Source of the DNA: Chrysomallon squamiferum
Taxonomy: Eukaryota > Animalia > Mollusca
Assembly (NCBI GenBank): GCA_012295275.1
Contig: CM022672.1
Span: 11,098,001 to 11,162,000 of the forward strand
Direction: 5' to 3'
DNA: 64,000 nucleotides
The translations under genes and the position numbers were made by a program. The notes beneath the pieces were generated by a model that had not been told where the DNA came from, did no database searches, and was given only the letters and a program-made list of their open reading frames with translations. Shown here one piece after another: positions 11,853 to 25,626 of the stretch (position 1 is its first letter; each line of letters opens with the position of its first letter).

Positions 11853-14800
11853 GTTGTTGATCATGTGGATGGACAAAACAAGAAGTAACTAATGAACTGC
11901 CATCTTTTAATAGGGCTTCTGCTTTTTCAAGTTCATCCACTTTTTAGATATGTTTTAATGTTTTCAGGATTGCCTCATTATTATTGTGATATTGTCTTTA
12001 TAAATTGTTTCTGATTGATATGTCTATCCTGTTAAACAAAGGTCGTAGTTCAACAAAACATACATGTATGCTATCCACAAAGTAGGTACTAAACTTGCCA
12101 GTAAGTGCATAAAAGGCAAATGCCACAAATATTTACACTCATGCTTGCTGTTAAAATAAAGGCATGATCTCAAAATACCAAAGACAGTGCATGTATGTTT
12201 ATATAATAGGTGGCCTCTGGTGAATTCTGTCAAATTTAGTCTTTTTGGTATAACTATATAATTCATGTGTATTAGAGATTGAGTCTGGTCATACTAAAGC
12301 ATTTTGGCCATCATAAACGTTTGTAAACTTAGACTACAAATGTTTAATTCTTGTTGTGTTGATGTTAATCTAGTCAGAAATCAATTTCCAGGAGTTCAAT
12401 AATGTGGTTATGCATATGTGTAAAATTTGCAGGGAAAATATATTTTGTAGAGAGGAATTTGTATGTTAATCGTAATATATTTGTTTGAATTTTCAGCATT
12501 TATCACTTTGTAAGATTAATATTTATATAGTCAGTTTTATACATTTGCGCAAAACTGAAATCTTTTCATTGCATGCAGATACTATTTTTGTTACTAAATT
12601 GCCATTTCTTTTTTATAACAATTACTGTGATTTCACTTAACACATTCACTTTTTGTATGAAGCGGTCATGAATCATTAATTGTCCTCCTTGGACAGTGGG
12701 AAAAAAGTTACAATGATTATTGTCATTAGTTAGGAATATAAACCAAGAGCACAATATGCTATGGCATTACCCTACAAGCATTCCCCATTAATAGTGCCAC
12801 AAGGCATTGGAAATACATTTAGAACGTTAAAAAAAAAAAAAAAAGGTTTTTCATTGATTTTCCAGAAATGTGCTCTTGAGCAAAATTTGTGCAATTTATT
12901 AAAGGTTGTGCTGTAATGGTTATATTTTGCTCAAAGAGAATGGATTAATATTTCATTGTTAAATCAGACAGAATTTTCTAGAGTTCCTATTTCAAATCCT
13001 ACTGATGAAATAGCAATATATTTATGAAAAATATGTGCAAATGTATTGTAACTAAAATTTATTTATGCATAAATGTCAAAATAATTAAAATTACTGTTTT
13101 TTCAAATAGCATCTTTTCTCTCATCCATTTTTTTTTTTTTTTTGACTCACATAATAATAAGTTGGATTATATTTTATCCAGATAACACATTTAATACTTT
13201 GTTAATTATTATATTATTCATTATTTTTGATAACTTTGAATTTGTAGGACCTGTGAAAATAGATGGATGTAGTTAGGTTTAATGTTATTATTACTTTTGT
13301 ATTTAAAAGAGTTTGGTGTGGGAGGTTAACTGATCAGCCCAATATGTTAGAAATTTGTTGTGTGGTTTTCAAAATAGGAAAATGTAGTTGTTTACAGTAA
13401 ATAATTCTAAAATTTATTTTATATTTCTTCCTGTTGGTTTAGGTTTGTTTTATATTTTAAGGTTCAAGATTGTGACAATGTGCATTTAAGAATGCATTGA
13501 TTTACAATCTTTGTTATTATTTATTAATCAGTTTGATGTGAATTTCAAAATACATGGCTTCCAAGGGGGGTCAGTGTTAAACTAATTTAGCATTGGTATT
13601 TTTTTTATTACTTCACCAAGTAGAATGTTATTTGTGAGTGTGAATGATAATAATTTCTAGGTGATATTTTCAAAATATGAACCAATGCATCGACTATAAT
13701 TATTAATGTTTTGCAGTTTGCAGAATTTGTTACGCTGTTCTGAATTTTGAACTTTTTCAATTTTTGCATGATGTTTATAATAATAAAAAAAAAAAAAATT
13801 TCACATTATTTTTTATCTACAACATATTTTGAATAACTTGATGTTGAGTATTTTGTACTTTTGTCCGTTTTTATATTGTTAGCAAAATAAACAGTGACAA
13901 ATGATATCTTCCATATTTAACATGTAGGAAGGGTATTAATGCACATGTTCTGTAATTGTGAGATCTACTTCAGATTGTGTTTATTTATTATCCTTGGTTG
14001 ATGTCTTTCCTTATGTTGTTGACTTAGTTGACAGTGCTTAACTTTGCCTTTATCCACAGATCTGTGATCGTTTTCAGATAACATGCTAGATTATTCACAT
14101 AAAACAAAAAACAAAAACAGTTTTATACAGTTATATATTTTTCCACACTAAAACAATTGCGGGTTAAATAAAACATTAACTGTGATCATTAAAGTAAATT
14201 CAGAAAAGAAACATTGCCAATTTGGCATGTCCATCAACTTTGCTGTTTGTTTATGTTTCAGCATGAAAATGTCATTGTTTGGTCCATCTGGACAACAGTT
14301 CTAATCATTTGTAAAAACAAAGTTTGACACAATTGTAAAATTTCTTTTATTAATCATTAGCTTCACTTATTTTTGTTTGTTACAATTTTGCTATTTTTGA
14401 AGTACATTTTATATTTCCTTTTTTATATTATCATTGTTAATGTAGAAAAGATGAAAAATCATATTTTTTATTCAATTTATTTTTAAGTTGTTGTTTTAAA
14501 CCAGCAAAACAAAATTTTATATGCAGAAATGTGGAACCTAAGTAAAACAAAAATGTATTTATATTTATTTTAGATGTTTTAAAGAGAGAGTACTAGCTTT
14601 TATCTAGATATTTACTTATAGTTGTGAAATTTAACTGAGTGAAATTTTCAGCAGCTTGATGACAAAGTGTGATTTAGAAAAGCTGTTAAAATTGTTCAGT
14701 GACAGAGCATTGAAATTTTATGTGTTGTTACAGCATTTTATAACAAAAATTGCTTGTAGTCATTTGATTATTTGACAGATATTTTGACAAAAAGCAGCAA

Positions 14801-15387
14801 ACAGAAAAAGAATAACACTGAAAAATTGAACTTAATTTAACTTTTTACTGTGGTTCCACAAAGCATGAATTTTATTTTGTTGTTTTACTTTTCTGCCAAC
14901 AGGTATTCACAAAATCCTGAAACACAAAGTGTCTTATTTGTTATCCGTTCACATTGATACTCAGTTTAATATATTTATTACGTTTTGTATTTAAATTAGC
15001 AGAGTGTATCTGTTAAGTGTTGTTTCAGTTTTCTGTGAATCTCTCTGTCACCATTGTGTAACATGAAAATGTATTAAGCATATGGTGGCAGACTGATGGA
15101 CTGGTAGAAATTTTTTATTATAAAAGTGATATAATTTAAAAAAAATATATATTTACTCATGTTTCACTTGTAGATATGTATTTATCCCATATTTATTTTT
15201 CTGTGGCCAGTTATATTTTTCTGCATGTGAGTTTTATATTTAATTAGAGTAAAGGCCATCAGATGATATTTTCAAGTGCAAATATAAATGCTAGTCAGTA
15301 ATGTGACTACTACTTGTCACTTTATTATTTATATATTCCTTTTCTTTCTTTCTCTATCTTTCTCTCGATTTCTTTTTTCCCCATATT

Positions 15388-15419
<32 letters not shown>

Positions 15420-16980
15420 AACATTATCTTAAGAGCAGTAATGCTACTTATATATATATATTTATTTATTTATTTATTTACTGAAAGTGTAAATTACTGT
15501 GCTTGCCATTTTATATCTGTCTCTCTTTTGATTATTTTTTTCACCCCATGTAAAACCTTGTGTAAGTAACGTGAAGTGGTTTATTTCTGATTTGATTTAA
15601 ATACAAAATGTGAATAACAAATAAAATAAAATTGTTTTAATTTGCAATCAGTGAAAATTTAGAGATTTGTTTAGTAATTTGTCGTAAAATATTTTTAAAA
15701 ATAACTACATATATCTTGGTAAGCATAATCAAATTTATGGGATTTTCATTTTACATCTTCAAATAAAAAATGGTTATTAAAAATTTAATTTTTTAAACCA
15801 AAAATCATACAATAATACATTTTAGTTAAAAGATTCCATTTTCAAGTTGCCTGTTAAAGTCACTGTTTCCATATTTATTTTTTGGTGTTGGGATTAAGCA
15901 GAAACTTACACGTGCAATATTTCAGGAAATGTTCTTTTTCGGTTATGTCTTTGTATTCATATTGCTTATTTTTTTATAGCACCACGTCAGTACAGTGATA
16001 TTGTATCAATATTGTGATTTTATCCAAAATATAATATTCCATTAATAAATTAACAGCTGCTGTTTAATTCTGTTTGTAGAATTCTGAGATTTAGTACAAA
16101 TCTGTGACGTTGAATAACTCCAGGATCACTGTCATGTCTCAATTGTTCTTTTGTTAACTTTGACATAGGTTTTAACATCTGACCAAATTATGATTTTGCA
16201 ATACAACAAATATTTCATATATTTCTACATAAAACTTGATTAATTAGATCTGTTTCTTTACAGGATAAACTTGAAGAACTTTTAACATTTGCTATGAAGA
16301 CCTAAATATAATTAATTATGCAAGAAGTTATTATAAAACTTGGTAAATTTTTTTATTTAAAGTAAAATAAACAAAGACAAAATATATATATATCACGTTT
16401 TTTCTGCAGAACAGTATTAATGAATAAACAATAATTGAGTGTATTTTCATTATGATTAAATTAATTTTTTAATACCTATTTTCATGATAGAGTAAATGTA
16501 ATTTGTCACATGTTCAAACCTTATCCTCATACCATAACACTGCATATACAAATATTTCAATGTTAAAAAATTATTTGTTTCACTGTGTAATTGTGAATTT
16601 ATTTATTTATTTATTTATTTAATGTTTCAAATGACTCAGTATTAGTATTTTTATATTTGTAAAATATAACTGAGTTTAAAAAACAAAGAAAATTATGCTA
16701 TATTTTGTTTATTTTCAGAGCTGTAATTTTTTTTGAAAGAAAAATGTACATTGTAGTTGCTATTTATTTGGAATTTTGTAAATTGAACTGTTTGTACCAT
16801 CAGTTAGCTAATATTTAATGGTGGATATTTTATTTGCATGTATAATCTTACATTTCTTGACCAATTTCACACCAGTTGTGTTTTGTATATGGGGAGTTTT
16901 CTTAGCATTTTTGTTGAATGCCGTTATGGATTATAAAGTTTCTATGTTTTAATAAAAACAAGTCTTGTTTTTTTATTTTA
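11853..16980 (+). other. Probable long (~5 kb) CPEB 3' UTR
   Basis: No ORF or exon candidates; U-rich. AATAAA at 16951-16956 followed by a GT-rich tract near 17003-17030. The 3' end is inferred. Confidence 0.5.
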
Positions 16981-18048
16981 CTAAACAATGAACACTGCAC
17001 AAGTGTCATTGGTGGCTTGTTTATGTTTCAATAATTATTATTTACTGCTTAATGTTAGAATTTTTTGAATTCATCATTGTCAAAATTATTCCAAATAGAG
17101 AAAATTCATGGTCGCTTTGTTTGATCATATTGCTGCTAACACGTTATTTATATTTTTAAAATAATTTTAATATCTTTCTATTCTTAACATTTGTGTAAGA
17201 TTTTCTTCAGAAAAATAAAGGTTTTCAATAGTAAAAGCATGATTGTTGTTTACTAAAAGCATTGCTAAAAATACTGAATATATCACATTATTAATAGGTT
17301 ACATTGGTTAATTTTGTCAAATATCTACTCATTAATTACAAAAGAATCATAGATTGGAGGCCTGGTTTGTTCACTGAAAACTAAATCTACTTAAATTTAA
17401 TTTTAAATAGAAAAAGAAATAGGATTTCATACCAGTCATTTAAAATTATATTTAAGTTAGCCTTTCAATAAATATGTTAGGCAAAATCTCATTTTTCTGA
17501 GAATGATGCTTTAAATTCATTATATATTTATTAAAATATTTAAAAAGAGATGTGTATAAATATGCACAAATGAACAAAAGACTGTTGTAAAATACATTGT
17601 TTTATTTACTCTTTGATCATCATAACTGTAGTTACAGTATGAATGAAAGAAACTAAACTAAAAAGAAATGCAAAAAACTTTCAAATATGTTCTCGTAAAC
17701 AGTTTGATAACTAATGTTTAAGACAAACATCATGAAATAAGAAAAATCATCAGTATGCTTATTTTTGTTAAATCAATAATAATTACAATTATTATTATTA
17801 TTTTTACATAAATTACTAATCTAGTGTAATTCATTATAATGGGTTTAATAATATTAATTCAAAGTAGAACAAGATATAATGTTTTTGCTGAAAAGTCTTG
17901 AACAAATTGTTTCCTCATAGTGAAATTATGATAAAATTAATAGTTTGGTTTTAATAATAAATATTTATATTAAATTTAAGTATAATATCAATTTACTGAA
18001 ATATCTCAGTCCATGGGTATTATTTTAGATTCCAGGTTCCTTTGGATA

Positions 18049-19155
18049 TTAGGCCCAGAAGGCACCCATGGCTATGATACATCCTATCAAAATTAATAGT
18101 CCAAAATTATTCATTGTGCGAACTCCAAACATGGTTTTATCATCTGAACAACAGATACAAAAACATGAAAACATCTTCAGCCAACTACCACACCAAGAGT
18201 TTACTGTCCACTGTCCATTGTCACAGAGCAGAGTGCAGCAAAATACTGGGCAAGGAATATCACACTTGCAGCAACATTCTTGTAGGTTGCAGGTACAGAG
18301 ATATTCTTGCTGTCTACAGCAACAGCATCTCCACCATAAATTGCAACAGCCATGTTCACCTCCAATCCTGTTGTAAACTGTAATATATCGAAAAAGGCAA
18401 CTTGCTAATCCACTAGCCATAGCTAATATTGAAAGAGTATGGCCTTGGTGATCACAGCTGCACCCATAGTTGAACATTAACAAAATTATGGCTTGAGGAA
18501 TTTCTTTGAAATACAAACTAATATAGAGATCATACTGAGCATGGCCTAATTTAAATGTTATTATTCCCAGGTGACAGAGAATATCAAGAATGATGTTAAT
18601 GCACTGGAGAACAGCAATAAAAGATCCAGCCATAGAAAAAACAGAATAAATCTGTCGTATTATTTCTCTATTTGTTCCACACATAGAAGTTCCTTGAATT
18701 ATGTCTAGTTTATTAATTTCATAGCAAATACTTCTGTCAAACCTGAAAACAAGCACCCAGTCACTTGCAATGTCCCATGCAAGCACTAAAATGGTGAACA
18801 TTTTTAAAAATGTAAAAGCATTTGATGGATTTTGATCAGTCAGGGTGGTTCCACTTTCAGAAATGTTCAACTTCTCTTCATAGTTGTTTTCTCTGTGATC
18901 TAACATCTGCTGATCAGAGTAAGAGTTTCTCAAATTTTCTCTTTGAAAGGATTGCGCAGGTTCAAAACCTCTTAGTTCTATTTCATCAGTAGGAATGCCG
19001 GTGCTGTAATTGCTTGGGAACAGATTTTCAGCTCTCATTAAGTTGTGATCATATGGTAATGGTGGTTTGGTGACTGGATCAGGTTGTCTTCCTCTGTAAA
19101 TCTGATAGTCATCTAATTCATTTTGGAAACTGTAATTAATACTGCCTCTCTCCAT
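18049..19155 (-). CDS. Uncharacterised multi-pass membrane protein (368 aa, intronless CDS) with XK-related-like motifs and a Cys-rich segment
   Basis: Long ORF in AT-rich DNA. About five hydrophobic segments, WDIASDW and FKEIPQAII motifs, 21 Cys in ~70 aa. Splice acceptor 37 nt upstream of the ATG (exon starts 19192) and a GTAAGT donor at 19728. Confidence 0.85.
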   Translation of the reverse strand: MERGSINYSFQNELDDYQIYRGRQPDPVTKPPLPYDHNLMRAENLFPSNYSTGIPTDEIELRGFEPAQSFQRENLRNSYSDQQMLDHRENNYEEKLNISESGTTLTDQNPSNAFTFLKMFTILVLAWDIASDWVLVFRFDRSICYEINKLDIIQGTSMCGTNREIIRQIYSVFSMAGSFIAVLQCINIILDILCHLGIITFKLGHAQYDLYISLYFKEIPQAIILLMFNYGCSCDHQGHTLSILAMASGLASCLFRYITVYNRIGGEHGCCNLWWRCCCCRQQEYLCTCNLQECCCKCDIPCPVFCCTLLCDNGQWTVNSWCGSWLKMFSCFCICCSDDKTMFGVRTMNNFGLLILIGCIIAMGAFWA

Positions 19156-19889
19156 ATTTTAAAAAATAAGTTTCTGTCAGCCAATTTGTTATCTGTAATT
19201 ATAAAATTAATGATAGAATAATTTTATGAAAATAAAGTTTGATTTTTTATACATAATAAATGTGCTATATGAAGAATAGCAGATTAATGATTTATAAAAA
19301 GGAAAGTGGATATAATGAAGTTAGAATAAATTTTAGTATATAAATAAAAAATAAATGAAAATATGGGTGTGGAATGGGCAATAACTACCAATAATTTACA
19401 TGATTATGAAAAACTAAAAAAATACACATGAATAACATTAAAATCTGTCAAATAAAATAATTATCTTAACAGGAAATTGATCAGTAACAAACAGGACCAC
19501 ATATATCCATTGTAACTATGTAAGACTATATGAGATCGTATATTATGAATTACACTTCATTAAACATTTCAAAGGTACCAAAAATCTATATTTTATTTAT
19601 GATGTATTGGGAGAAATCATTTCAGAGCTTACTAAAAACAACAATATTTCTATTAAGCTGAAAAAAAGAAACCAAAAAACTTTTAATTACAGCACTGTAT
19701 ACAAATTATTTGTAATAAAAATACTTACTTTTACTGAAGTTGTTATTTCACTGAAACCAATCCTTTATATATCAGCAACCCAATTCTGTTGTTCAAATAG
19801 CTTCCTTGATAAATCATGTAGCTATAAAGTCTTTACTTTATCAGCTGATAACATTTTTGACAGCATGCGCTTTCTCAAGATAATGTTAG

Positions 19890-19896
19890 TGAGTCA
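19890..19896. promoter_or_regulatory. AP-1 site (TGAGTCA) in the presumed promoter of the XK-like gene
   Basis: Exact TGAGTCA ~160 nt upstream of the minus-strand non-coding exon donor at 19728; GCATGCGC at 19863-19870. Confidence 0.35.
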
Positions 19897-20966
19897 TAAA
19901 AATGTCAAACTCTTTTATCTTGGAGCATACCTGAGTTGCTTCAATATTTAATTTAAATGTCCAGCCCTGCCTTTTTTTTTTTTTTTTTGATGATAGAGAC
20001 AGTGGGTATTCAAATATGTTTCAATGTTTCAGTATCTTGCTTGTGCGATAATCAGGGTTAAAGACCAAGTACAATGCTGGTAGATGAAATGTCACATTTA
20101 TCTACATAGGACTTTGACAATTTTCACTATACATCTTTACTTTTTTAAAATATCAGTTAATAGATCTGTCTAATAAATATAGATTTTAGAAGTTTTCTAA
20201 TAATAATAATAAAGAAAAACTAAATAAATAAAAAATAAAAAAATAAAAAATAAATAATAATAAGAAAATTATATATAAAAAAAAAAAAAAGAGCAAAAAA
20301 ACAACAAACAAAACAAAATGGATTCAGTAATTTTATTTTGAAAATAAAATGCCTCTAATAAATTATTTCAAATATAATAATAAAATAGTATATACATGTT
20401 CAATAGGTTATGTATGTATTTAAAATTTAACATTTATATACATATGGCAAACTCATTTTCACATCAAATTAAAGAAAAATTTTGTTAGATATAAATTAGA
20501 TTATTAAAATATTATAACCCACGATTAAAAATATGTATATATTCTTTAAGATTTTTTTATTACCAATGTGATATTTATATTAACAGCCACATATACAAAT
20601 TATGTTTCAAAAGTCAAATCAAAACTGAAAGAAGTAGAAGAAGAAAAAGAAAACACAGCTAAATTTTATTTTCATTTTCTAGTGTAACTGTTAAATATGT
20701 CTCCTCCTGAGACCCAGTTCATAAATTATTTTAAAAATTTTAAATTCAAAATAATAATTTTTTTTAAAAATCGTTCACATACAACAAAAACAACGAAGCT
20801 GTTTTGATAACAGTAACCTTCATTATTCATTCTGCACCAGTGTAAAAGATCTGCAATTCCTAACAGTAGTAATATATATACTTAGCAACTACAATTAATT
20901 CTTAAACATATTTATCATGTTGGTTAATAACCTGTTGTGAGGAACCACTATATGCTTTTCTTATAT

Positions 20967-21077
20967 ATTCTGTCTAAGATTAATAAAGCTTTGTCTGGTT
21001 TTCTGCAGTTCAGCAGTGTTTTTCTGGACATTTATTATTTAACCGAAAATGATTCTGTCTAGGATTAATAAAGCTTT
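20967..21077. repeat. 26-bp direct repeat (1 mismatch), copies 85 bp apart
   Basis: ATTCTGTCTA(A/G)GATTAATAAAGCTTT at 20967-20992 and 21052-21077. Confidence 0.85.
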
Positions 21078-21774
21078 ATTACAGTTAGTTATTTCAACAT
21101 AAATTCTGGCTTTAGCCAGCAGTACTAAAACGGTGTCAAAAATAAAACAACAGTCATTTGAGTTTTCTTTTGTAATCTGTAACAACAGAAAATAGTTTTA
21201 CACAAACACTGTTGTCAATCACTCACTGTCACTGTGTCATTCACTCACTCAGTCTTTGCGTAACTTACAGATAACAGAACTAAATTAGGGCAAATGACAC
21301 TTAGCTAGACAGTAATTTGCATACTTGTCTATAAAGACTTGGACCATTTAAATGAACATCAGTTGAATTTAGCTATTAAGCTAACAAATGTTGTTTATTA
21401 GGATAAAACGTTTTGTTGAATGTCAGAACAATTAATAAACCGAGTAATGCAATTAAAAGTGAGAAAATAACTGTTAATTTTATTTTATTTTTAAGGATAG
21501 TAAAAATGTGTATGCTTTGATAATGAATGTTATGATGAAAGTATGTTCTTATGAGTAGGTATATAACTAAGAAAACATATCAAGTGACACTGATTTTCAA
21601 TATTTGTAAAAAATTAAAATACCGCATAATATATTTGTATTTTAGGAAATTCATAACAATGAAAATATCTGAGAAAATGCATAACAAAGAAAATATTATA
21701 TCTTATATATATGTTAGAAGAGAAAGCACAAAATTAATATATAACAGGTCATGAAAATGTATTTTTCATTGATG

Positions 21775-23395
21775 TCATCCAAACATGGCAACGACAACAA
21801 TAAATCCCATGAAAAGTGTAAAGAGAATGAATGGTGTAAGAAAACTCCAGACTGGCCACAATCCAATCATCAAACTGAAATAAAAACAAATAAAAACTAT
21901 TGAACATAGGTAATTTATCAGAAAAGACAAAAGTATATCTGAAAAAAATATATATCCACAACTGAAAAAAAAAAAAAAAAAAAAGAAATGTCAAAATTAC
22001 TTAAAAAAAAAAAAATAATACAAAATAATAATATTTTATTTTTTGATCCTTTTTTTTTTTTATCAGTGGCTTTATTGGTAACCTTAAATAAAAATCATTT
22101 AAAAAAAAATTAAAAATAAATAAATAATAAGATCTTTTAGGAGATGAACACTACTTGTTTACATATCAGAAATCTCAGAATATAAATTTCATCAAATAAA
22201 CTGGTCAAAACAGATAAGCAAAGAGTTTTAACTATAACCGGTTTTACTGGTAACTTAAAACTAGTTTCATTTTTTCAAATTAACATTTTTGTAATGGATA
22301 TGAAATGCTTCCAGCCAAAACTGTCATTAAAAAGTGGCAAAACAAAATAATATTAAAAAATAATAAAATAAGATAAATAAAATAAAAAAAGTATAATATA
22401 TAAATAAAACATCAAATATTCATCACTCTGAATGTGGTGAAGAACATTTTATTATTTTTTCATCTATTTTATTTATTTTTAAAGTGGTACCTTTAATTTC
22501 TTTATCACATGCATCAGTTCCTTAAAAATAGTTTAAATGTGATATAGTATTAAATGACGTTAAAACATTTGTCAGAAATGACAATGTTGCTGGATATAAA
22601 AAAATTAAAAAATTCTATAGGTCAGTTGGTTCACTGGACATTTCAGTTTTTATCTTTTATGAATCCTATGGGAAAAACAGAAGTGAATACACTTTCAAAT
22701 AAACTATTGGATACCAGAAATATGAAGTTTTTATTTATTATTATTTTTTAAACTAAATTATCAGTAATTGAAATTTCAGAGCATATTCATGAATAATTTA
22801 AAAAAAATCAATTAATTCTTACTTTAAAAATATAATTTATATGACATATTAAGAGATAGTATTTAATAATAATAATAACAATAATAATAATAATAATAAT
22901 AAAGAAATAAAAGAAATTAACCATAAATACATATATACATATATCTATAATAAAAAGAAATATGTGTACTGGTTATGACCATTTTAGAAGTCATAACACA
23001 ACTGAGTTAAACTGAATCTCTGGTTCCTTATAATTCCTGGGTAACAGTTACCACTTTTCCAACTTTTACGATTACAGAGAAATAAAAGGGAAAAAAGCTC
23101 TGACTTAATTATTAATACCATATGAATATTATGCAGTCACATTAATTATTAATTCTTACCAAATTCCACCAGAGATGAATGCTGCTGAGGCTATAGGAAT
23201 GGCTGCTGGGTACATACGCTCCCAGTTCTCAGAGCTAATCTTTTTAATACAAGACAACCATACTATGAGAAAAAATGCAATGGAGATGTTGATTCCAATA
23301 AGGATGGCCCCAATGTTGAACCACAACCTAAAAATTAAATCAGAACACTATTTTATTTTGAAGGGAAATAAAACAAATAACCAAAAATTTTAAAT

Positions 23396-23447
<52 letters not shown>

Positions 23448-24932
23448 CAAAAAAAAAAAATAAAATAAAATAAAATAAAATAAATAAATAATAATACTTA
23501 AAAAAAGAAAAGAATGGGAATAACATTAAAGGATTTACTCAACTGAATACAGTTATCCTCATTATTACAGTACATTACTAATTTACTATAAATAATACAG
23601 TGGAACATTTTCTTGTTTATCATTCTTATTGTGTTATTTATTACATTAATAGTATTATATTCATAAAATTTTATGGTTGTCTTTATTAGTACTGATATTA
23701 TACCAATATTTTTTATATATATACTATAACTATACTGTTTGTTTTTTGGAGCGAATTAGATAAATATGTAAATACTTTATAGATTCTCTACTAATATTTA
23801 AATGTTAACAATACATTGCATTTTCCTTATTATTATTAAAAAAAAATCCATAATTATTACAGATCTCTATGCTATAAAAGGTAATTTTATGGTTTTCATT
23901 TACACATCTGTTTTGATGCTGTCATGGATTAGTTTTGTACAATTCTCCAATCAAAATTATTTTGCATACTTGAAAATTTATTATTATTCATTATTAATAT
24001 TTATGATTAGAGGAAGGGAGATATTATTTTGTAGCACATGTATATTCTATTTCTGTTTGTTTGTTTTTAAATTATTTTTTTAAATTTTATTACTTTATCA
24101 TATTCTTATTACTATTATTACAGAAATAGTTATATAGCAACATATATACATACTGAGATGAACAGAAACAGACTGGTGTAAAAATGACACCACACGTCTC
24201 TCTTTTTATATTGTTATTTTAAATTGAGTTATTATTATTATTATTATTTTGAATATGGTATTTTTATTTACTAATACAAGTAATACTGAAATTACAGTAT
24301 TGTATTTTTTTGTTACACAAACAAACATATAGTATATACAAAAATATTATACAATCATACATACATACTTGCAAATAGACAAACACGCACACATACACAC
24401 ACACACACACACACACAAATATAGATTATACATATACATATACATTAGACTGTTGTAAATCTGTGTTATAGAAGACTACACCCCACCTGTTGATTCTAGG
24501 ATCATATCTCAAAACGAGAAAGAAGTCAGAAAAATGAAAAACTGCTACAGCAGCAATCAACCACAGAATATTTTGAAAGCTAAAAACTGAAGTTTTCCGT
24601 CTATATTTTTCAAACTGTTTCTCAAATTCCTTTTGTGTCTTTAAATCAATATTTGCACTCAAGCTACCCCCATCACCTTTGTATCTGTCGGGGTCATGCA
24701 AGGCATCTGTAATTAAAAATGTATTCACAAATTGTTTAAAAAGTTTAAAATCAGTGTAATGTTGTTTTTTTTTTTTATATTTATATATTACTATTACTTC
24801 TAGTGAACACTGAGTCAGGGACACACATTTTATATCGTTAACAATTTTTTGAATTAAACAAGAACAACATTAAAAAAATAACAACAATAATAAAAAATCA
24901 TTTTAATGTTAAACATAAAATTATGTGAATGA

Positions 24933-24994
<62 letters not shown>

Positions 24995-25240
24995 CAACAA
25001 CAACGAAATGAAGCAACAGGATGTGAAAACTCCCTAAAAATAAATAACTACGTAAGAAAAATTAAATTAATGATATTATGTTCATTCAAAGTATAGAAAT
25101 GTCATTTTTTATTTTAGAACGTTATGACAAAACAAGGAATTGTTAAATAATAATAAAATACCTGGATCAATTTCTTTAAGAAACTGTCCAGCAATTTTCG
25201 ACTGAACTTTTCTACGAAATGCTTCTTCTCCGGAAGCCAT
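21775..25240 (-). CDS. TMEM128: Transmembrane protein 128 (188 aa)
   Basis: Exons 25240-25162, 24706-24487, 23327-23160, 21874-21775 (567 nt, in frame). Motifs WERMYPAAIPIASAAFI and C-terminal GLWPVWSFLTPFILFTLFMGFIVVVAMFG match TMEM128. Confidence 0.92.
24385..24417. repeat. (CA)n microsatellite
   Basis: Directly visible in a TMEM128 intron. Confidence 0.85.
24933..25004. repeat. (AAT)n(AAC)n microsatellite
   Basis: Directly visible in TMEM128 intron 1. Confidence 0.9.
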
Positions 25241-25539
25241 TTTGATGCTTCTGTCTAACAACAGTACTTTAACACAGACAGAAATGCTACAAATGGCGTT
25301 ATCGTCAACGAATGTCCACAAACACTGAATCAAAATAAAAAAGAAAAGAAAAGAAAGTGAAGTGAAAGGATAAACTAAAAAATATAATAGTAAAACATAC
25401 GGCAACAAGCCAAAACCAAAACGTTAATAAAAGTTTCCTTTATTATATTTTATTATAGAAATTAAAATTTTAACTCTGATATTAATATATTACTTATTAT
25501 TAGTTTTATTTAATTCTTAGACAAGTCTTGTTAACATAA

Positions 25540-25626
<87 letters not shown>
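25540..25626. repeat. (AAT)12(ATT)17 palindromic microsatellite
   Basis: AAT repeats 25540-25575 abut ATT repeats 25576-25626 with no spacer. Confidence 0.9.

Noticed and set aside
18068-18383. Gln/His-rich plus-strand ORFs
   Set aside because: Antisense shadows of the Cys-rich codons of the XK-like gene.
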